From NCBI GenBank assembly GCA_963718665.1, contig OY970359.1, positions 1,568,001-1,632,000 on the forward strand: 64,000 nucleotides of DNA. Reading direction: 5' to 3'. The notes beneath the pieces are model-generated. The model was not told the origin of the DNA. It saw only the letters and a program-made list of their open reading frames with translations, and did not search any database. Position 1 is the first letter of the stretch; each line of letters starts with the position of its first letter. The position numbers and the translations under genes were made by a program. Positions 49,121 through 59,982 of the stretch are shown here, piece after piece. Source of the DNA: an uncultured Phycisphaerales bacterium (GTDB lineage Bacteria; Planctomycetota; Phycisphaerae; Sedimentisphaerales; Anaerobacaceae).

Positions 49121-49299
49121 TTGGTACCCTCAAGAAACATGTTCGAGCTTATCCTTTCCCAAAATCATCGGGAAGGCAACATAATTTGGTTCTGTGCGTA
49201 ACAATAACTGCCGATGAATCAATCCCTGCGCCGAACTATTGGCGTAAAATCTACCCGCTCCGGCCAATAACGCAAGCAAAAAAACGGCCTGTCGGATTC

Positions 49300-49710
49300 T
49301 CATTGGCTCTTACGCAGAATGTCGCGGATATCGGTCAGCAGTATAACCTCAACCGACGGGAGAGCTGGCTCCGATGGCTTTGCTGCTTCATTTCTTTTCA
49401 GGGTGTTGATCGCCTTGACAACCATAAAAATCGCGAAGGCGATGATAACGAAATCAACGACTGTCTGGATAAAATTGCCGTAATTGAGCGTTACCGCGGC
49501 GGTTTTCTCCGTTGCCTCCTTCAGCGTTATGACCCGCTTGCTGAAGTCGATTCCGCCTATAACCAGCCCTATCGGCGGCATTATCACATCGGCCACGAAA
49601 GATGACACGATTTTCCCGAATGCCGCGCCTATCACGATACCAACCGCCATATCTACCACGTTACCCCTGACTGCGAACGTCTTGAATTCCTGTAACCATT
49701 TCATAGCCAT
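49300..49710 (-). CDS. mscL: Large-conductance mechanosensitive channel
   Basis: [26 protein letters not shown]. Confidence 0.96.
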   Translation of the reverse strand: MAMKWLQEFKTFAVRGNVVDMAVGIVIGAAFGKIVSSFVADVIMPPIGLVIGGIDFSKRVITLKEATEKTAAVTLNYGNFIQTVVDFVIIAFAIFMVVKAINTLKRNEAAKPSEPALPSVEVILLTDIRDILRKSQ

Positions 49711-49872
49711 CTCCTTTTAATTGATTCGCTTGATATTAAATCACCCGCCGTTTGTTGCGACGTTGAAATGCCGTGGGTAAAGTTTGCTGTTTTTACCGAA
49801 GTTTGTCAATGGCTTTGAGGATAGAACAGGAAAGGTCTTTTGATTATGGCTCAACGGAGGCCGTTGGCTGTG

Positions 49873-51267
49873 TTACTTTTTGCTTTCGAGGACTTTTAAC
49901 ATGTCGGGGTCGATTGCTTTGCCCAACCGTTCAGCGATTTTTATGTGCTTCAGGGCCAGGTCGTAATCCGCTGTTTTGTAATAGGCAAGCCCCAGTGCGT
50001 AATGAGCGTCAGCCATTTTCGGCGCAAGCGCCACGGTTTTCAGATGGCTTTTGATGGCATTCGCGTAGTCGCCTTTCTGGAAATATGCGACGCCAAGCTG
50101 GTAATGAATTTCGGCGTTATCCGGTTTTACGCGGGCGGCCCTGCTGTATTGCTCAATGGCGGCGTCGAAATCGCCTTTGTTGAAATAAACATTGCCGAGA
50201 TTCGCCATCGCCTCGTACATATTCGGATTAACCGCCAGCGCCTTGAGATACGCGTCGATTTCGTTTTCCGGCTGGTTGAGTTTATTGTAGCAGGTGCCCA
50301 TCCCAAGGTATGCCTCGGCGACATTGGAATCAAACCGTATTGCGGCGGTGTATTCGTTTATCGCGTCATTAAACCATTCGCGTCTTTGATATGCGTTGCC
50401 GAGGTTGTAGTGGGATTCTGCATCGTCGGGGCTGATTCTTGTCGCGGCCTGATACTCAGTTATCGCGTCATCCACGCGGTTCTTCAGTAGGTAGATATTG
50501 CCGAGATTCATTCGTGATTCCGCCAGCGACGGGTTGATATAAACGGCCCACTGCATTGAGGCCATCGCCTGGTTGACGTTGTTGATATCTTTGTAAACGT
50601 TGCCGAGGTTATTGAAGAAACAGCCCAGCGCCTGGCGCTTATTCAGGTTGGTCATATAAATAGTGTTGGTTTTGGGGACATTGAACTGCTCAAGATAGTA
50701 GCTGTCGGGGGCGCTGTTGCCCTGGTGTGTGGCCTCGATATTGAATCGTATTTTGCCGTCGTCGTATCTTACGAAGAAATGCCCCGGCACAACTACGCCG
50801 TAGAGAGGCAAACCAAGCCGTTCACCGATAGCCAGGTATAGAACGGACAAGCTCAGGCAATAACCCTGGCGCCTGTCCATAACCGAGTGCAGAAACAGGT
50901 CGTATGGGTCGGTGGCTTTACTGATTGTTTTGAAATTCAATTCATTGAACAGGTAATCGTTGATAATGGGGATTGCCGCAATGCCCATCGGTGCGTTTTT
51001 TGCTTTGAGCCGGCTGCGGATTTCCGTCGCGATATCGTCAAGCTGCTGCTGGTAACGCCTGCCCGCCACCATATCGCTCCACGCCTCGGAGACAATCAAA
51101 GCCGCTGTCCCCAGGTCAATCTGCTCAGGCGGCAGCCGTAACACCTCCTCGATTGATTTGGCGTACAGCCCGTCGAGATTCGCGTTTGCCAATGGCTCAT
51201 CTGCAAGGCAGGGCGTAACGACCAGAACAACAGTCAAACCAATTATTGAAAGCAAAAGCATTTTCAT
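49873..51267 (-). CDS. SirB1/transglutaminase-like domain plus TPR repeats
   Basis: GYCLSLSVLY, PGHFFVRY; C-terminal TPR array. Confidence 0.85.
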   Translation of the reverse strand: MKMLLLSIIGLTVVLVVTPCLADEPLANANLDGLYAKSIEEVLRLPPEQIDLGTAALIVSEAWSDMVAGRRYQQQLDDIATEIRSRLKAKNAPMGIAAIPIINDYLFNELNFKTISKATDPYDLFLHSVMDRRQGYCLSLSVLYLAIGERLGLPLYGVVVPGHFFVRYDDGKIRFNIEATHQGNSAPDSYYLEQFNVPKTNTIYMTNLNKRQALGCFFNNLGNVYKDINNVNQAMASMQWAVYINPSLAESRMNLGNIYLLKNRVDDAITEYQAATRISPDDAESHYNLGNAYQRREWFNDAINEYTAAIRFDSNVAEAYLGMGTCYNKLNQPENEIDAYLKALAVNPNMYEAMANLGNVYFNKGDFDAAIEQYSRAARVKPDNAEIHYQLGVAYFQKGDYANAIKSHLKTVALAPKMADAHYALGLAYYKTADYDLALKHIKIAERLGKAIDPDMLKVLESKK

Positions 51268-51466
51268 AAATCACCATTATAATTTATCTTCGGCTGCCCA
51301 CAACCGCATAAATGTCCTGCTTAACAAAAATTGGCCGGCGAGACCATTATCCGGTCAACGAATTGCAGAAGCGTAAAAGAAATTGTGGTAATGACAATCG
51401 GCCCCGCTAACCTGAGTATAAACCTTAGCGATGTCTCATCAACAACAAATGGCTTGGTTGGGGTGT

Positions 51467-51769
51467 TCATTTACAAAAGCAGTTTAGTTTATCTAACAGG
51501 TGTCCCGTCGAACTGCCTGTGATTTGGATTGTTTTGACAGGTGAGGTATGGCCGGAGGTTATTGTTATCGTATTTTTTTTGACACCAAGCACATCGGCTA
51601 AAAATTCCACAAGCGATTCGTTGGCTTTACCTTTTTCCGGTGCTGCCGCGAGTTTAACTTTAAGCATACCCCCTAATATGCCTGCTGCTGCGGTTTTGCT
51701 CGAACGGGGAACGACTTTGACTGAGAAGATGACCGCGTTAGCCGATTGTTGTATTTTCAATTGCTCCAT
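51467..51769 (-). CDS. DUF167 (YggU) family protein
   Basis: VKVVPRS, AAPEKGKAN, GHTSPVK. Confidence 0.9.
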   Translation of the reverse strand: MEQLKIQQSANAVIFSVKVVPRSSKTAAAGILGGMLKVKLAAAPEKGKANESLVEFLADVLGVKKNTITITSGHTSPVKTIQITGSSTGHLLDKLNCFCK

Positions 51770-51781
51770 ATATCGCGGCAC

Positions 51782-52090
51782 TCAGGACATGTCCGTTCGT
51801 TCGCGGAGATTTGCGCCGATGGCAAGCTGGACGTATTTTTCAATCTGTTCGGCTAATTCATTAAGCGACGGCAACTGGAAATCCTCGAAATGCCCCGGCA
51901 CAAATTCGCCGTTGAGGGCTTTTTTGAAGACGCGCACGCGAATGACCGACGGCTGTGAGCTGGCCCTGGTGTAATCGCTGTCTTTGTGCTCGGTCAGCTC
52001 GACCCGCCAGTCCTCACTTATAAATACCAGGCACTTGCCCGTATAAACGGCCGTCGGGAAATACTCATATAACGATTTCAGCGTTTCCAT
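51782..52090 (-). CDS. Hypothetical protein
   Basis: 102-aa ORF abutting the DUF167 gene, host-like codon use. Confidence 0.65.
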   Translation of the reverse strand: METLKSLYEYFPTAVYTGKCLVFISEDWRVELTEHKDSDYTRASSQPSVIRVRVFKKALNGEFVPGHFEDFQLPSLNELAEQIEKYVQLAIGANLRERTDMS

Positions 52091-52215
52091 CGTCAGCTAT
52101 TATACACCGGCCGGTAACAATAGCAAATCACACTTGTCCGCTGAAGATTGAAAGATTATATTGCCCATGCCGGGCCACAGGATTAGTGGAATTGGCAAAA
52201 AACAGGAGGTCTTAA

Positions 52216-52839
52216 ATGAAAAGGTTGATAGCGCTTGCTGTTATAATGCTGGTTATAACCTCGTGTGCAACGAATCGGGCGAAAGAATCGGGCAAGGAGA
52301 ATATACCTTCCCTTGAGCCGCCGAAAGCCCTTGATGATGACTGGAGCAGATGGCTTGTCGGCAACTGGCAGGGCACAGCTAAATCGGACTTCGGCGAGCA
52401 CAAGGACTGGGCAAAAGGCAAATGTCGGCTGAATATCGAATTGGTCTTGAATGGTCAGTTTCTTGTCCGTAAAGGTCAGTCCCAGATAGTCAGTTTATCC
52501 GACGAATATGTAAAGCAACTTAAAGGGCAGCACCTGTCCGATTCGGACATTGAAAAGATACGCAATTCAACCTTCGAGAGCATGGAAGTTTACACCATAG
52601 ACCCTAAAACAGGGGAGATTACCGGCTACCTTTTTGACAGTTTGCGTTGTGTCGCCAAAGGAACAGGCAAACGGCAAGGCAATAAAGAAATTATTAGCTG
52701 GGTCTGGCCGGGTCAGGGGCAGGGTTCGAGCACGCGTGTCACCGAAAAAATAAGCGACGACAAGTTTATATCCACCGAAAAATATACGATGCCCGACGGC
52801 AGCGCAATGGAGGATAAAGCGGAAATGACCCGCAATTAA
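52216..52839 (+). CDS. Lipoprotein, DUF1579-like
   Basis: AGGAGG RBS, lipobox ITSC, WLVGNWQG, LNGQFL. Confidence 0.65.
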   Translation: MKRLIALAVIMLVITSCATNRAKESGKENIPSLEPPKALDDDWSRWLVGNWQGTAKSDFGEHKDWAKGKCRLNIELVLNGQFLVRKGQSQIVSLSDEYVKQLKGQHLSDSDIEKIRNSTFESMEVYTIDPKTGEITGYLFDSLRCVAKGTGKRQGNKEIISWVWPGQGQGSSTRVTEKISDDKFISTEKYTMPDGSAMEDKAEMTRN

Positions 52840-52874
52840 AATACGCCGGACCTGGGACGCAGAAGCAAATCGTA

Positions 52875-53342
52875 TCAGCTTGTCTGGTTGGACAGATACT
52901 GAGGCAGACCCATCTGCTTAATCTGGTCCTGCTGTGCCTCGATTTCATCGACGTGGGCGTCCTCGTCCTTCAAAATTGAATCAAGAAGTTCTTTAGTGGC
53001 GTTATCGTTGACATCTGCCGCAAGCTTGATGGCCGCGTTGTAAGATTTGACCGCGCCAATTTCCGCGGCATGGTCATTTTCGAACTGCTTGGGGACGTCG
53101 GCACCGATATGAATGTCGCTGAGCTTACTGACTATTGGCGTGCCTTCGAGGAATAGGATACGTCCGATGAGCTTCTCGGCGTGCTTCATCTCCGTAACCG
53201 CCCGTCCCTGTATCATTTTCCCAAGCTTTTCATAGCCCCAGTTTTCGACCATTTCCGCGTGAACCATGTACTGGTTGATTGCGCCCAGCTCATCGGCGAG
53301 CAAGCCGTTGAGTGCCTTAAGTAATTGTGCGTTTCCTTTCAT
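52875..53342 (-). CDS. bfr: Bacterioferritin
   Basis: ELGAINQY, EMKHAE, RILFLEG, EDAH. Confidence 0.95.
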   Translation of the reverse strand: MKGNAQLLKALNGLLADELGAINQYMVHAEMVENWGYEKLGKMIQGRAVTEMKHAEKLIGRILFLEGTPIVSKLSDIHIGADVPKQFENDHAAEIGAVKSYNAAIKLAADVNDNATKELLDSILKDEDAHVDEIEAQQDQIKQMGLPQYLSNQTS

Positions 53343-53490
53343 TTTAGTAACCCCTTTCCTGAATCAAAAAGTAGTATCTCGCTTTCCTGCCTCACAGCAG
53401 CATTCTAAAAAGAACAGCTTTCATCCGTTAGGTTAACGTTCTGTCACTCATTCGTCAAGACGAAAAGTAAGCAAAAATGCCGATTGACAT

Positions 53491-54519
53491 TTATCGTTTT
53501 TGGGGCGGTATCAACGCTTCCAGTAACGGCTTGCGGAACGACCTGGTGCTAAGGTCATACACGCCGAAGTATTCACTGCAAAAGTCCCAGTATGCGAAAC
53601 TAAAGCCCCGCTCAATCGCGGTATCGGCGACGAATTTGGTCCATAGAACGCGGGAGTCCATATCTGCCTTGCTGTTTGCGCCGAACTCGCCTATGAAAAT
53701 CGGGCGGTTGTTCTTTTTCGCCCAGGCCGCGGCATCGTCAAAGTCCTTTGTTATCATTTGCTTTTCCGAATCCGTCCCTGTCCATTTTGTTCCTAACCAT
53801 GCGTTTGAGTCGGCCGCCCAGTGAGCCCCCTGATGAGTAAATTCGTATGGCAGATAATAGTGTGCGGTAACGATTATGTTGGGGTCGTTTTTGGGCAGCT
53901 CCAGGGTGTTGAGCATGCGGATATCGTTGTAGTTGGCCGGGCCGAAAATAACCGTCCTTTTCGGGTTTGACTTGCGGATAACAGCAAGAACGTCTTTGAG
54001 GAGTTTATTCCACTTGTCGGCATTCAGATTATCGTGCGGTTCATTGAGAGGTTCAAAGAGGACAGAAAGGTGGTAATCCTTGTAGTGCTCCGCAATCTGT
54101 TTCCATATTGCGAGGAACCTTTCTTTTTGGCCCGCCGGGTCTTTATAAAGCTCGTTATAGTGATGCATAGTGACTATCACAATTACTTCCCGCTGCATTG
54201 CCTGGGAGATGACCCAGTCCATTCTTGTGAAGAAATTAGGGTCTATGGTGTAGGGTTTTTCCTTCAGTGCGTGGGCGGACCAGCAGACGGGGAAGCGGAA
54301 TGAAGTAAACCAAGCTTCTCTTGCGATGTTAAAATATTCCACTTTGATGGGGGGGCCCCAGTCGCCTTCTTTCGGCGCCTCGAGGGCATTGCCGAAGTTG
54401 ATTCCGCGATAGATGTATTTGTTGATTCCAAAAGAGTTCGGCTCCTGGTAGGCATTGCAGGCGGACTCAAACACAACTATTACCATTAAACATACGGCAA
54501 AAAATACTCGTTTCGACAT
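53491..54519 (-). CDS. GH5 glycoside hydrolase (endoglucanase-like), paralogue 1
   Basis: GINFGNALEA, NEP, HYY, IGEFG. Confidence 0.92.
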   Translation of the reverse strand: MSKRVFFAVCLMVIVVFESACNAYQEPNSFGINKYIYRGINFGNALEAPKEGDWGPPIKVEYFNIAREAWFTSFRFPVCWSAHALKEKPYTIDPNFFTRMDWVISQAMQREVIVIVTMHHYNELYKDPAGQKERFLAIWKQIAEHYKDYHLSVLFEPLNEPHDNLNADKWNKLLKDVLAVIRKSNPKRTVIFGPANYNDIRMLNTLELPKNDPNIIVTAHYYLPYEFTHQGAHWAADSNAWLGTKWTGTDSEKQMITKDFDDAAAWAKKNNRPIFIGEFGANSKADMDSRVLWTKFVADTAIERGFSFAYWDFCSEYFGVYDLSTRSFRKPLLEALIPPQKR

Positions 54520-54565
54520 AATCTGTTACTCCAATAATGCCAATAAATGTCCTGACAAATCAGCG

Positions 54566-55621
54566 TTATTGTTTCGGCAAAATCAACGCTTCCAGCAGCG
54601 GTTTTATCCATGTATTGGTCTTGGTGTCGTAAACCGCGAAATCGGAGTCGAACTGCCAATAATCAAAGCTGAATCCCCGTTCGATTGCGGCGTCGGCGAA
54701 AAATTTAGTGTAACGTGCCCGCGAGTCCATATCGGCTTTGTTGTAAGAGCCGAACTCGCCGAGGTTAATCGGGCGGTTATTCTGCTTTGCCCAGGCGACG
54801 GCCTTATCGAATTGGCTTACTATGGCCTTCTTTTCGTTGTCGGCCCCTGTCCATTTTGTACCCAACCAGGCATTGGAGTCCCTGTCGGTTATCCAGAAGG
54901 CGCCCTGATGAGTGAATTCAAGCGGGTCGTAACAATGAATCGAGACGATAATGTTGCGGTCATCTTTGGGTATTTGGAGAGAATTGAGGTTTCCAATGGT
55001 ATTGGACCAGGCGGGACCTATGGCAAGTATCCTGTCGGGATTGGACTTGCGAATGACGGCAATGGCCTGTTTAAGCAGTGAGTTCCATTCGCTGACACCG
55101 AGTTTACCCTGCGGTTCATTGAGCGGCTCGAGGATAAGCGTATTGGGATAGCCCTTGTAGTGCTCTGCAATCTGCTGCCATATCGCCAGGAACCTTTCCC
55201 TGTGACCGGCCGGGTCGCTGAGAAGTTCGAGGTAATGATGAACGTTGAGCATTACAGGCATATTGCGAGATAGCGCGCAGTTAACCGCCCAGTCCACCCT
55301 TTTCAAAAAGTTGGGGTCGATGGTGTAAGGCGGTTCGGCCAGTGCATGGGCCGACCAGCGGACCGGTATGCGCACAGAATTGAAGCCGGCGTCTTTGGCC
55401 GCCTGAAAATATTTCTCTTCGAGAGTGAACCCCCACGCGCCTTCCTCCGGCGCATCAAGGGCGTTACCCATATTGACGCCCCTGCCTAAAAGTTGGTTCA
55501 TTTTGAAGGGGTCCATTTTTGCCTGTTGCGTGTTCGGTTCAGCAGCCATAACAGGATTAAGTCCAAATGTTACAGTAAATGCCATTGTAATAAACACGAT
55601 TGTTGCCACTGTCTTCAACAT
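54566..55621 (-). CDS. GH5 glycoside hydrolase, paralogue 2
   Basis: GVNMGNALDA, NEP, HCY, LGEFG. Confidence 0.92.
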   Translation of the reverse strand: MLKTVATIVFITMAFTVTFGLNPVMAAEPNTQQAKMDPFKMNQLLGRGVNMGNALDAPEEGAWGFTLEEKYFQAAKDAGFNSVRIPVRWSAHALAEPPYTIDPNFLKRVDWAVNCALSRNMPVMLNVHHYLELLSDPAGHRERFLAIWQQIAEHYKGYPNTLILEPLNEPQGKLGVSEWNSLLKQAIAVIRKSNPDRILAIGPAWSNTIGNLNSLQIPKDDRNIIVSIHCYDPLEFTHQGAFWITDRDSNAWLGTKWTGADNEKKAIVSQFDKAVAWAKQNNRPINLGEFGSYNKADMDSRARYTKFFADAAIERGFSFDYWQFDSDFAVYDTKTNTWIKPLLEALILPKQ

Positions 55622-55663
55622 AATTTTTCACTCCAATAATAAAAACAGGACACATAGTTTACC

Positions 55664-56689
55664 CTACTTTTTCGGCGGAATCAACGCTTCGAGCAGTTCC
55701 TTGCGCCAGGATTTGGTTTGCAGGTCATACATTCCGAAAACCGAGCAGAATTCCCAGTATGATATACTGAATCCGCGTGCTGTCGCCGCATCAGCTACGC
55801 GCTTGGTCCAGCGGACGCGGGAATCCATATCCGCTTTTTCATAAGTGCCGAACTCATTTAAGTAAATAGGCCGGTTGTTCTTTTTTGACCACTCGGCAAC
55901 GATATCGAAATCCTTTGCTATTCGTTGTTTCTCATCTTCCGACCCGACCCATTTTGTGCCCAGCCAGGCCTTGGCCTCTGGCAGCCAACTTGCACCCTGT
56001 TGGGTGAATTCCTGCGGCGAGTAATAAAAAATGCTGACAATTATGTTGCGGTCGTTCTTGGGCAGTTCAAGGAGGGAAAGGTTCTCAATGCAGGAAAGCC
56101 CGGCGGCACAGATGACAATCGTCCTTTTTGGATTGGACTTGCGAACAGTAGCAATCGTCTCCTTCAGGAGTGAATTCCATTTATCGGCGTCGAGGTTTCC
56201 GGTTGCCTCCATAAGAGGGTCGAAGATAAGGATATCGGGATAATCCTTGTATCGCTCCGCGATTTGCTTCCACATGGCCACGAACTTGTCTTTTTGTCCG
56301 TCGGGGTCGCTGTAAAGCTCATCGTAGTGATGAGTGGTAAGCACAACGGGGATATTTCGCGACAGGCAGTTGTTGATTGCCCAGTCGATTCTTTTGAAAA
56401 AGTTCGGGTCTATTGTGTAAGGCGGTTTATCCTCGGCGTGGGCGTTCCAGCGGACAGGCAGCCGAATCGAATTAAACCCGGCGTCTTTAATAATCTGGAA
56501 ATATTCGTCCTGGAGAGTAACGCCCCATTCGCCTTCTGTTTTGGGAGTATCAAGCGCGCCGCCGATATTGATGCCCCGACCAATGAGTTTGTTCATTGTA
56601 AATGCGTTTGGTTCTACTGCCGCCACACAGGCAGACGTTAGCAAAGTTATTACCAACAGGACTATAACAGGCAATGCTGGCTTAGACAT
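55664..56689 (-). CDS. GH5 glycoside hydrolase, paralogue 3, altered active site
   Basis: Clear homology but NEP>MEA, HYY>FYY, GNAL>GGAL. Confidence 0.88.
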   Translation of the reverse strand: MSKPALPVIVLLVITLLTSACVAAVEPNAFTMNKLIGRGINIGGALDTPKTEGEWGVTLQDEYFQIIKDAGFNSIRLPVRWNAHAEDKPPYTIDPNFFKRIDWAINNCLSRNIPVVLTTHHYDELYSDPDGQKDKFVAMWKQIAERYKDYPDILIFDPLMEATGNLDADKWNSLLKETIATVRKSNPKRTIVICAAGLSCIENLSLLELPKNDRNIIVSIFYYSPQEFTQQGASWLPEAKAWLGTKWVGSEDEKQRIAKDFDIVAEWSKKNNRPIYLNEFGTYEKADMDSRVRWTKRVADAATARGFSISYWEFCSVFGMYDLQTKSWRKELLEALIPPKK

Positions 56690-56949
56690 AATTTTTCACT
56701 CCATCCAATTCTTGAAATACGTAATCCGGTTCAAAATTGCGCCCCAGCGCCGTTCCCAAAAGGGTAGTGTAACATTTTGGCGTTTCCGTGAAACTGGTAA
56801 AATCGAAAATCCGTCTGCGGGATTGACGACTATTTTTGCTCGTCGTGCCAGATTTTTTTTGACAAAATCACTTTCGGCTGTTACACTCTTTCCTGATTTA
56901 CTCACGGATGGTCATCATACAATTGCAGAGGGTGATAAAAGGTTTTCGG

Positions 56950-56972
56950 CTTGCGGTGAGCTTGTCGAAGCC
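56950..56972. repeat. REP-like element (reverse complement GGCTTCGACAAGCTCACCGCAAG)
   Basis: Same family as 16213-16236. Confidence 0.65.
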
Positions 56973-57069
56973 GCTGTTTCAATAACATGGACGTTATTTG
57001 CAACGGGTAACCTTTGTTTATAGTGGCATCGTTTTTTCCGCCATTGGCGGATTTATAAAGGAGTGCGTC

Positions 57070-58388
57070 TTGGCCGGCGGTGAAGTTGAAAATATCTTCG
57101 CTGAAATACTCGACCGAGCAAGGACTCTGGATCCTGTCAACACCCGTAAGTGGTTTGACAATCTTCATCTCGTGCGGTTGACGGGCGGGTCGCTCGAGGT
57201 TGGCTGCCCGGATGAGGCGTGTGCCCAGTTTTTGCAGAGTAAATGCAGAAGCGCCTTTACCGCGCCGCGCAGCAGATAACGGGCCATCTTGTCAGCGTGC
57301 AGTTTTCCACAAATGGCCAGGTCAAACAGCAACCCTCCGAACAAGAGCAAAAAGACAGGCCCGCCCTTCACCCGGATTATACCTTTGAGAATTTCGTCGT
57401 CGGTCCTTGCAACCGGCTCGCCCACGCAAGCTGCATAGCAGTAAGCCAGTCGCCGGGCGATACTTATAATCCATTGTTTATCTATGGGAATTCCGGCTTA
57501 GGCAAAACCCATCTGCTTCAGGCCGTCTGCCACGAGGTCAAGCGAAAATCCGCCTCGGCGGTCATTCAATTGTTAAGTTGCGAAGAGTTCGTCAATCGTT
57601 TCATCCAGGCAATCGAAAAGGGCGATTTGCCCGGCTTCCAGAACCGCTTTCGCACCGTTGATACCCTTATTATCGACGACGTGCAGTTTTTGCGGGAACG
57701 CGAGCAGAGCCAGGAGGAATTTTTCCACACCTTCAACGCCCTCTACAGCAACGGCAAACAAATCATCCTCAGCGCTGACAGCCCGCCCGGCGAAATACCC
57801 TCTCTCGAAGAGCGACTCATCAGCAGGTTCAACTGGGGTTTGGTTACCCGAATCGACCCGCCGAGTTACGAGACGCGAATTGCCATCGTGCAGAAAAAGG
57901 CGCATCTTCGCGGCCTTGACGTCAGCGAAGAGGTCGCCGGCTACATTGCCCAAAAAGTGCACGCCAATATCAGGGAGCTTGAAGGCGCATTGACGACGAT
58001 ATACGCGGTATCAATGACGACGGGCGAAAAAATCACCCTCGATATGGCGCAAACCGCACTGGATGGTCAGGTTGACCTCGGCACAAGACACATAAGAATC
58101 AGCGATATTATCGATACCGTCTCACGCCATTTTAACGTCCGCTTAGCCGACCTTCAGAGCCAAAAGCGCAGCCAGAGCATCGCCGAACCGCGACAGATTT
58201 GTATGTATCTTGCAAGGCAGCTCACAAAGCACAGCTTGGAGGAAATCGGCGGCCACCTCGGCGGCAGGGACCATACAACCGTTATGCACGCCTATGCCAA
58301 AATCGAAGACCTCCGCAAACAAGACCCCAAGATGCATGCCACCCTCGACCAGTTAGCAGGACAAATCACTCAATCCGCAAGAGCGTAA
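57070..58388 (+). CDS. dnaA: Chromosomal replication initiator DnaA, with an apparent 1-nt frameshift near 57260
   Basis: AAGGAG RBS plus TTG 57070; domain I (..KWF..) in one frame, YTFENFV/GNSGLGKTHL/GGRDHTTV in the next. Confidence 0.9.
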
Positions 58389-58527
58389 TTTTTAATTTCC
58401 GATTGTCGATTGTCGATTTGGGATGCGGACTCTTAAAAACTTGCTTTTATTTACAGTTTAACGATATACTGCTTCTTTAGGGCCGGAAGAGATTCGCACC
58501 TTTGCCCGTCAGCTTTGCCGTTTGCTT

Positions 58528-58564
58528 CGACCCGGTTTATACAGAATATATAATCATTGTTAGG
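58528..58564 (+). repeat. 37-bp cassette-proximal site, copy 1
   Basis: 27/37 ungapped identity to 59141-59177. Confidence 0.7.
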
Positions 58565-58575
58565 AGGCAACCTAT

Positions 58576-59091
58576 ATGAAACCACTCTCTTTGCATGCGC
58601 TAGAAGAAAGTATTGCCGATCAATGTTGGAAAGTTACATCACTCGTTCTAGCCCGGTACGATTTTTCTGAGTTGTCACACCCATGGCAGGAGTACTGGTG
58701 TCCATTCATTGACTTCTGTAATAAGTTCGATGCTTTTTTCATAAAATCAGTGCTTGAATTAGCCGCCATCGCGAGAGTAAACCTCGATGTTGAAGACGTT
58801 GGCACAGCAAATTTAATAGTTGGGACACTCACTCAAAACAACGAGACAAAAGATCTGACGTTTCGGGAGGCATGCAATAAGCTCATTCACGCAATGCAAT
58901 ACGAGATACTTTTCGATTGGGAAACAAAACATCCCTTGGATAATGGTACGAACGGCTATTTCGAGACAAAATTAGAACGATTCAAAAATCCGAAGATTCG
59001 CACCACAGGCAAGTATCAGTCAGATAATTGGGAAGCAGTAATCCGGTTTCTTCCATTTATCACCGAACTGAAGGATACGTTCGGTTCTTGA
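58576..59091 (+). CDS. Hypothetical protein, possible HEPN-like
   Basis: AGGAGG RBS; LTFREACNKLIHA motif; AT-richer. Confidence 0.55.
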   Translation: MKPLSLHALEESIADQCWKVTSLVLARYDFSELSHPWQEYWCPFIDFCNKFDAFFIKSVLELAAIARVNLDVEDVGTANLIVGTLTQNNETKDLTFREACNKLIHAMQYEILFDWETKHPLDNGTNGYFETKLERFKNPKIRTTGKYQSDNWEAVIRFLPFITELKDTFGS

Positions 59092-59140
59092 GTGTGAGGA
59101 CCGTGTAACACGATGATACTACCTAATAAATCGGCGAATT

Positions 59141-59177
59141 GGACCCCGCTTATGTAAATTGTATAATCATTGATGGG
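59141..59177 (+). repeat. 37-bp cassette-proximal site, copy 2
   Basis: ggaccccgcttatgtaaattgtataatcattgatggg. Confidence 0.7.
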
Positions 59178-59184
59178 CACAAAT

Positions 59185-59982
59185 ATGAGAATAGAACATA
59201 AGAATTGCCTACAGAGCTATTTGGGTGAGTGGCTTCAGATCATGGATGTTAAAGCTCGTGCGGAGGGAAAGCCCAATTCGGGATTGAGAGTCCCACAACC
59301 GGTGCAATCTCTAATGCGTCACGAGCTAAATTTGTGTCTTATGCTTGAGCTTTTTGACGAACGCCTAACACGTTTTGAGAGATCGTTAAATGGCAAGAAG
59401 GAAGATTGCGATTTTGGTGCATATTCCGAAGCTATATGTTTTCTTGATGCAATATATTTTTTTTCAAGAATGCTTTTGGACAGTACGGCGGGAATTATAG
59501 GGTATTTCTACAAATACAATAATAAAGGCCATGAGCTTCCCGATAGCTTTAACGGCATATTGGAGAAAGCGCGCAAAGGGGAATTGCTTAATAATCTCAA
59601 TACAATAATCTTAGGGTGCGAGACATGGTTTCCTCAGTTAAGAGATCGGAGAGATGATATAGTTCATCGCTATGAGACATACTTCATTGTCTTCGGCCAG
59701 AACTCTGAGGGTGAGAAAACAGCCCAACAGTTCTCACCTCGAAAAAACGCTCCTACAAAAGGTGATGAAGATTTGCGTTCATATATTGGTATGGTGATGG
59801 CTGGATATCAGTGCTTCATAGATAGACTGCTCGACTACTGGGATGAAATGTTCATAGGTTGGTACAACGTTAGTGTCTTTCGCCATTCAACTCATCTCTT
59901 GGGCCGGAGAGCAAATATTCTTTGGTGGGCTTATCAGTATGGCGGATACAGGAGCGATAACATGGTTGTTAGTGAATCATAG
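59185..59982 (+). CDS. Hypothetical protein with a HEPN-type Rx4H motif
   Basis: LRDRRDDIVH in a helical protein; AT-richer; start uncertain (59170-59185). Confidence 0.6.
   Translation: MRIEHKNCLQSYLGEWLQIMDVKARAEGKPNSGLRVPQPVQSLMRHELNLCLMLELFDERLTRFERSLNGKKEDCDFGAYSEAICFLDAIYFFSRMLLDSTAGIIGYFYKYNNKGHELPDSFNGILEKARKGELLNNLNTIILGCETWFPQLRDRRDDIVHRYETYFIVFGQNSEGEKTAQQFSPRKNAPTKGDEDLRSYIGMVMAGYQCFIDRLLDYWDEMFIGWYNVSVFRHSTHLLGRRANILWWAYQYGGYRSDNMVVSES

Noticed and set aside
56700..57069. oriC next to dnaA
   Set aside because: No cluster of TTATNCACA boxes; the only exact TTATCCACA noticed is isolated at 47281-47289.
58479..58535. tmRNA or tRNA remnant after dnaA
   Set aside because: Only a loose GGGCCGGAAGAGATTCG resemblance; no T arm or acceptor pairing.
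58528..59982. Classical integron with attC sites
   Set aside because: GTTAGG is present once, but there is no RYYYAAC...GTTRRRY long hairpin and no intI.
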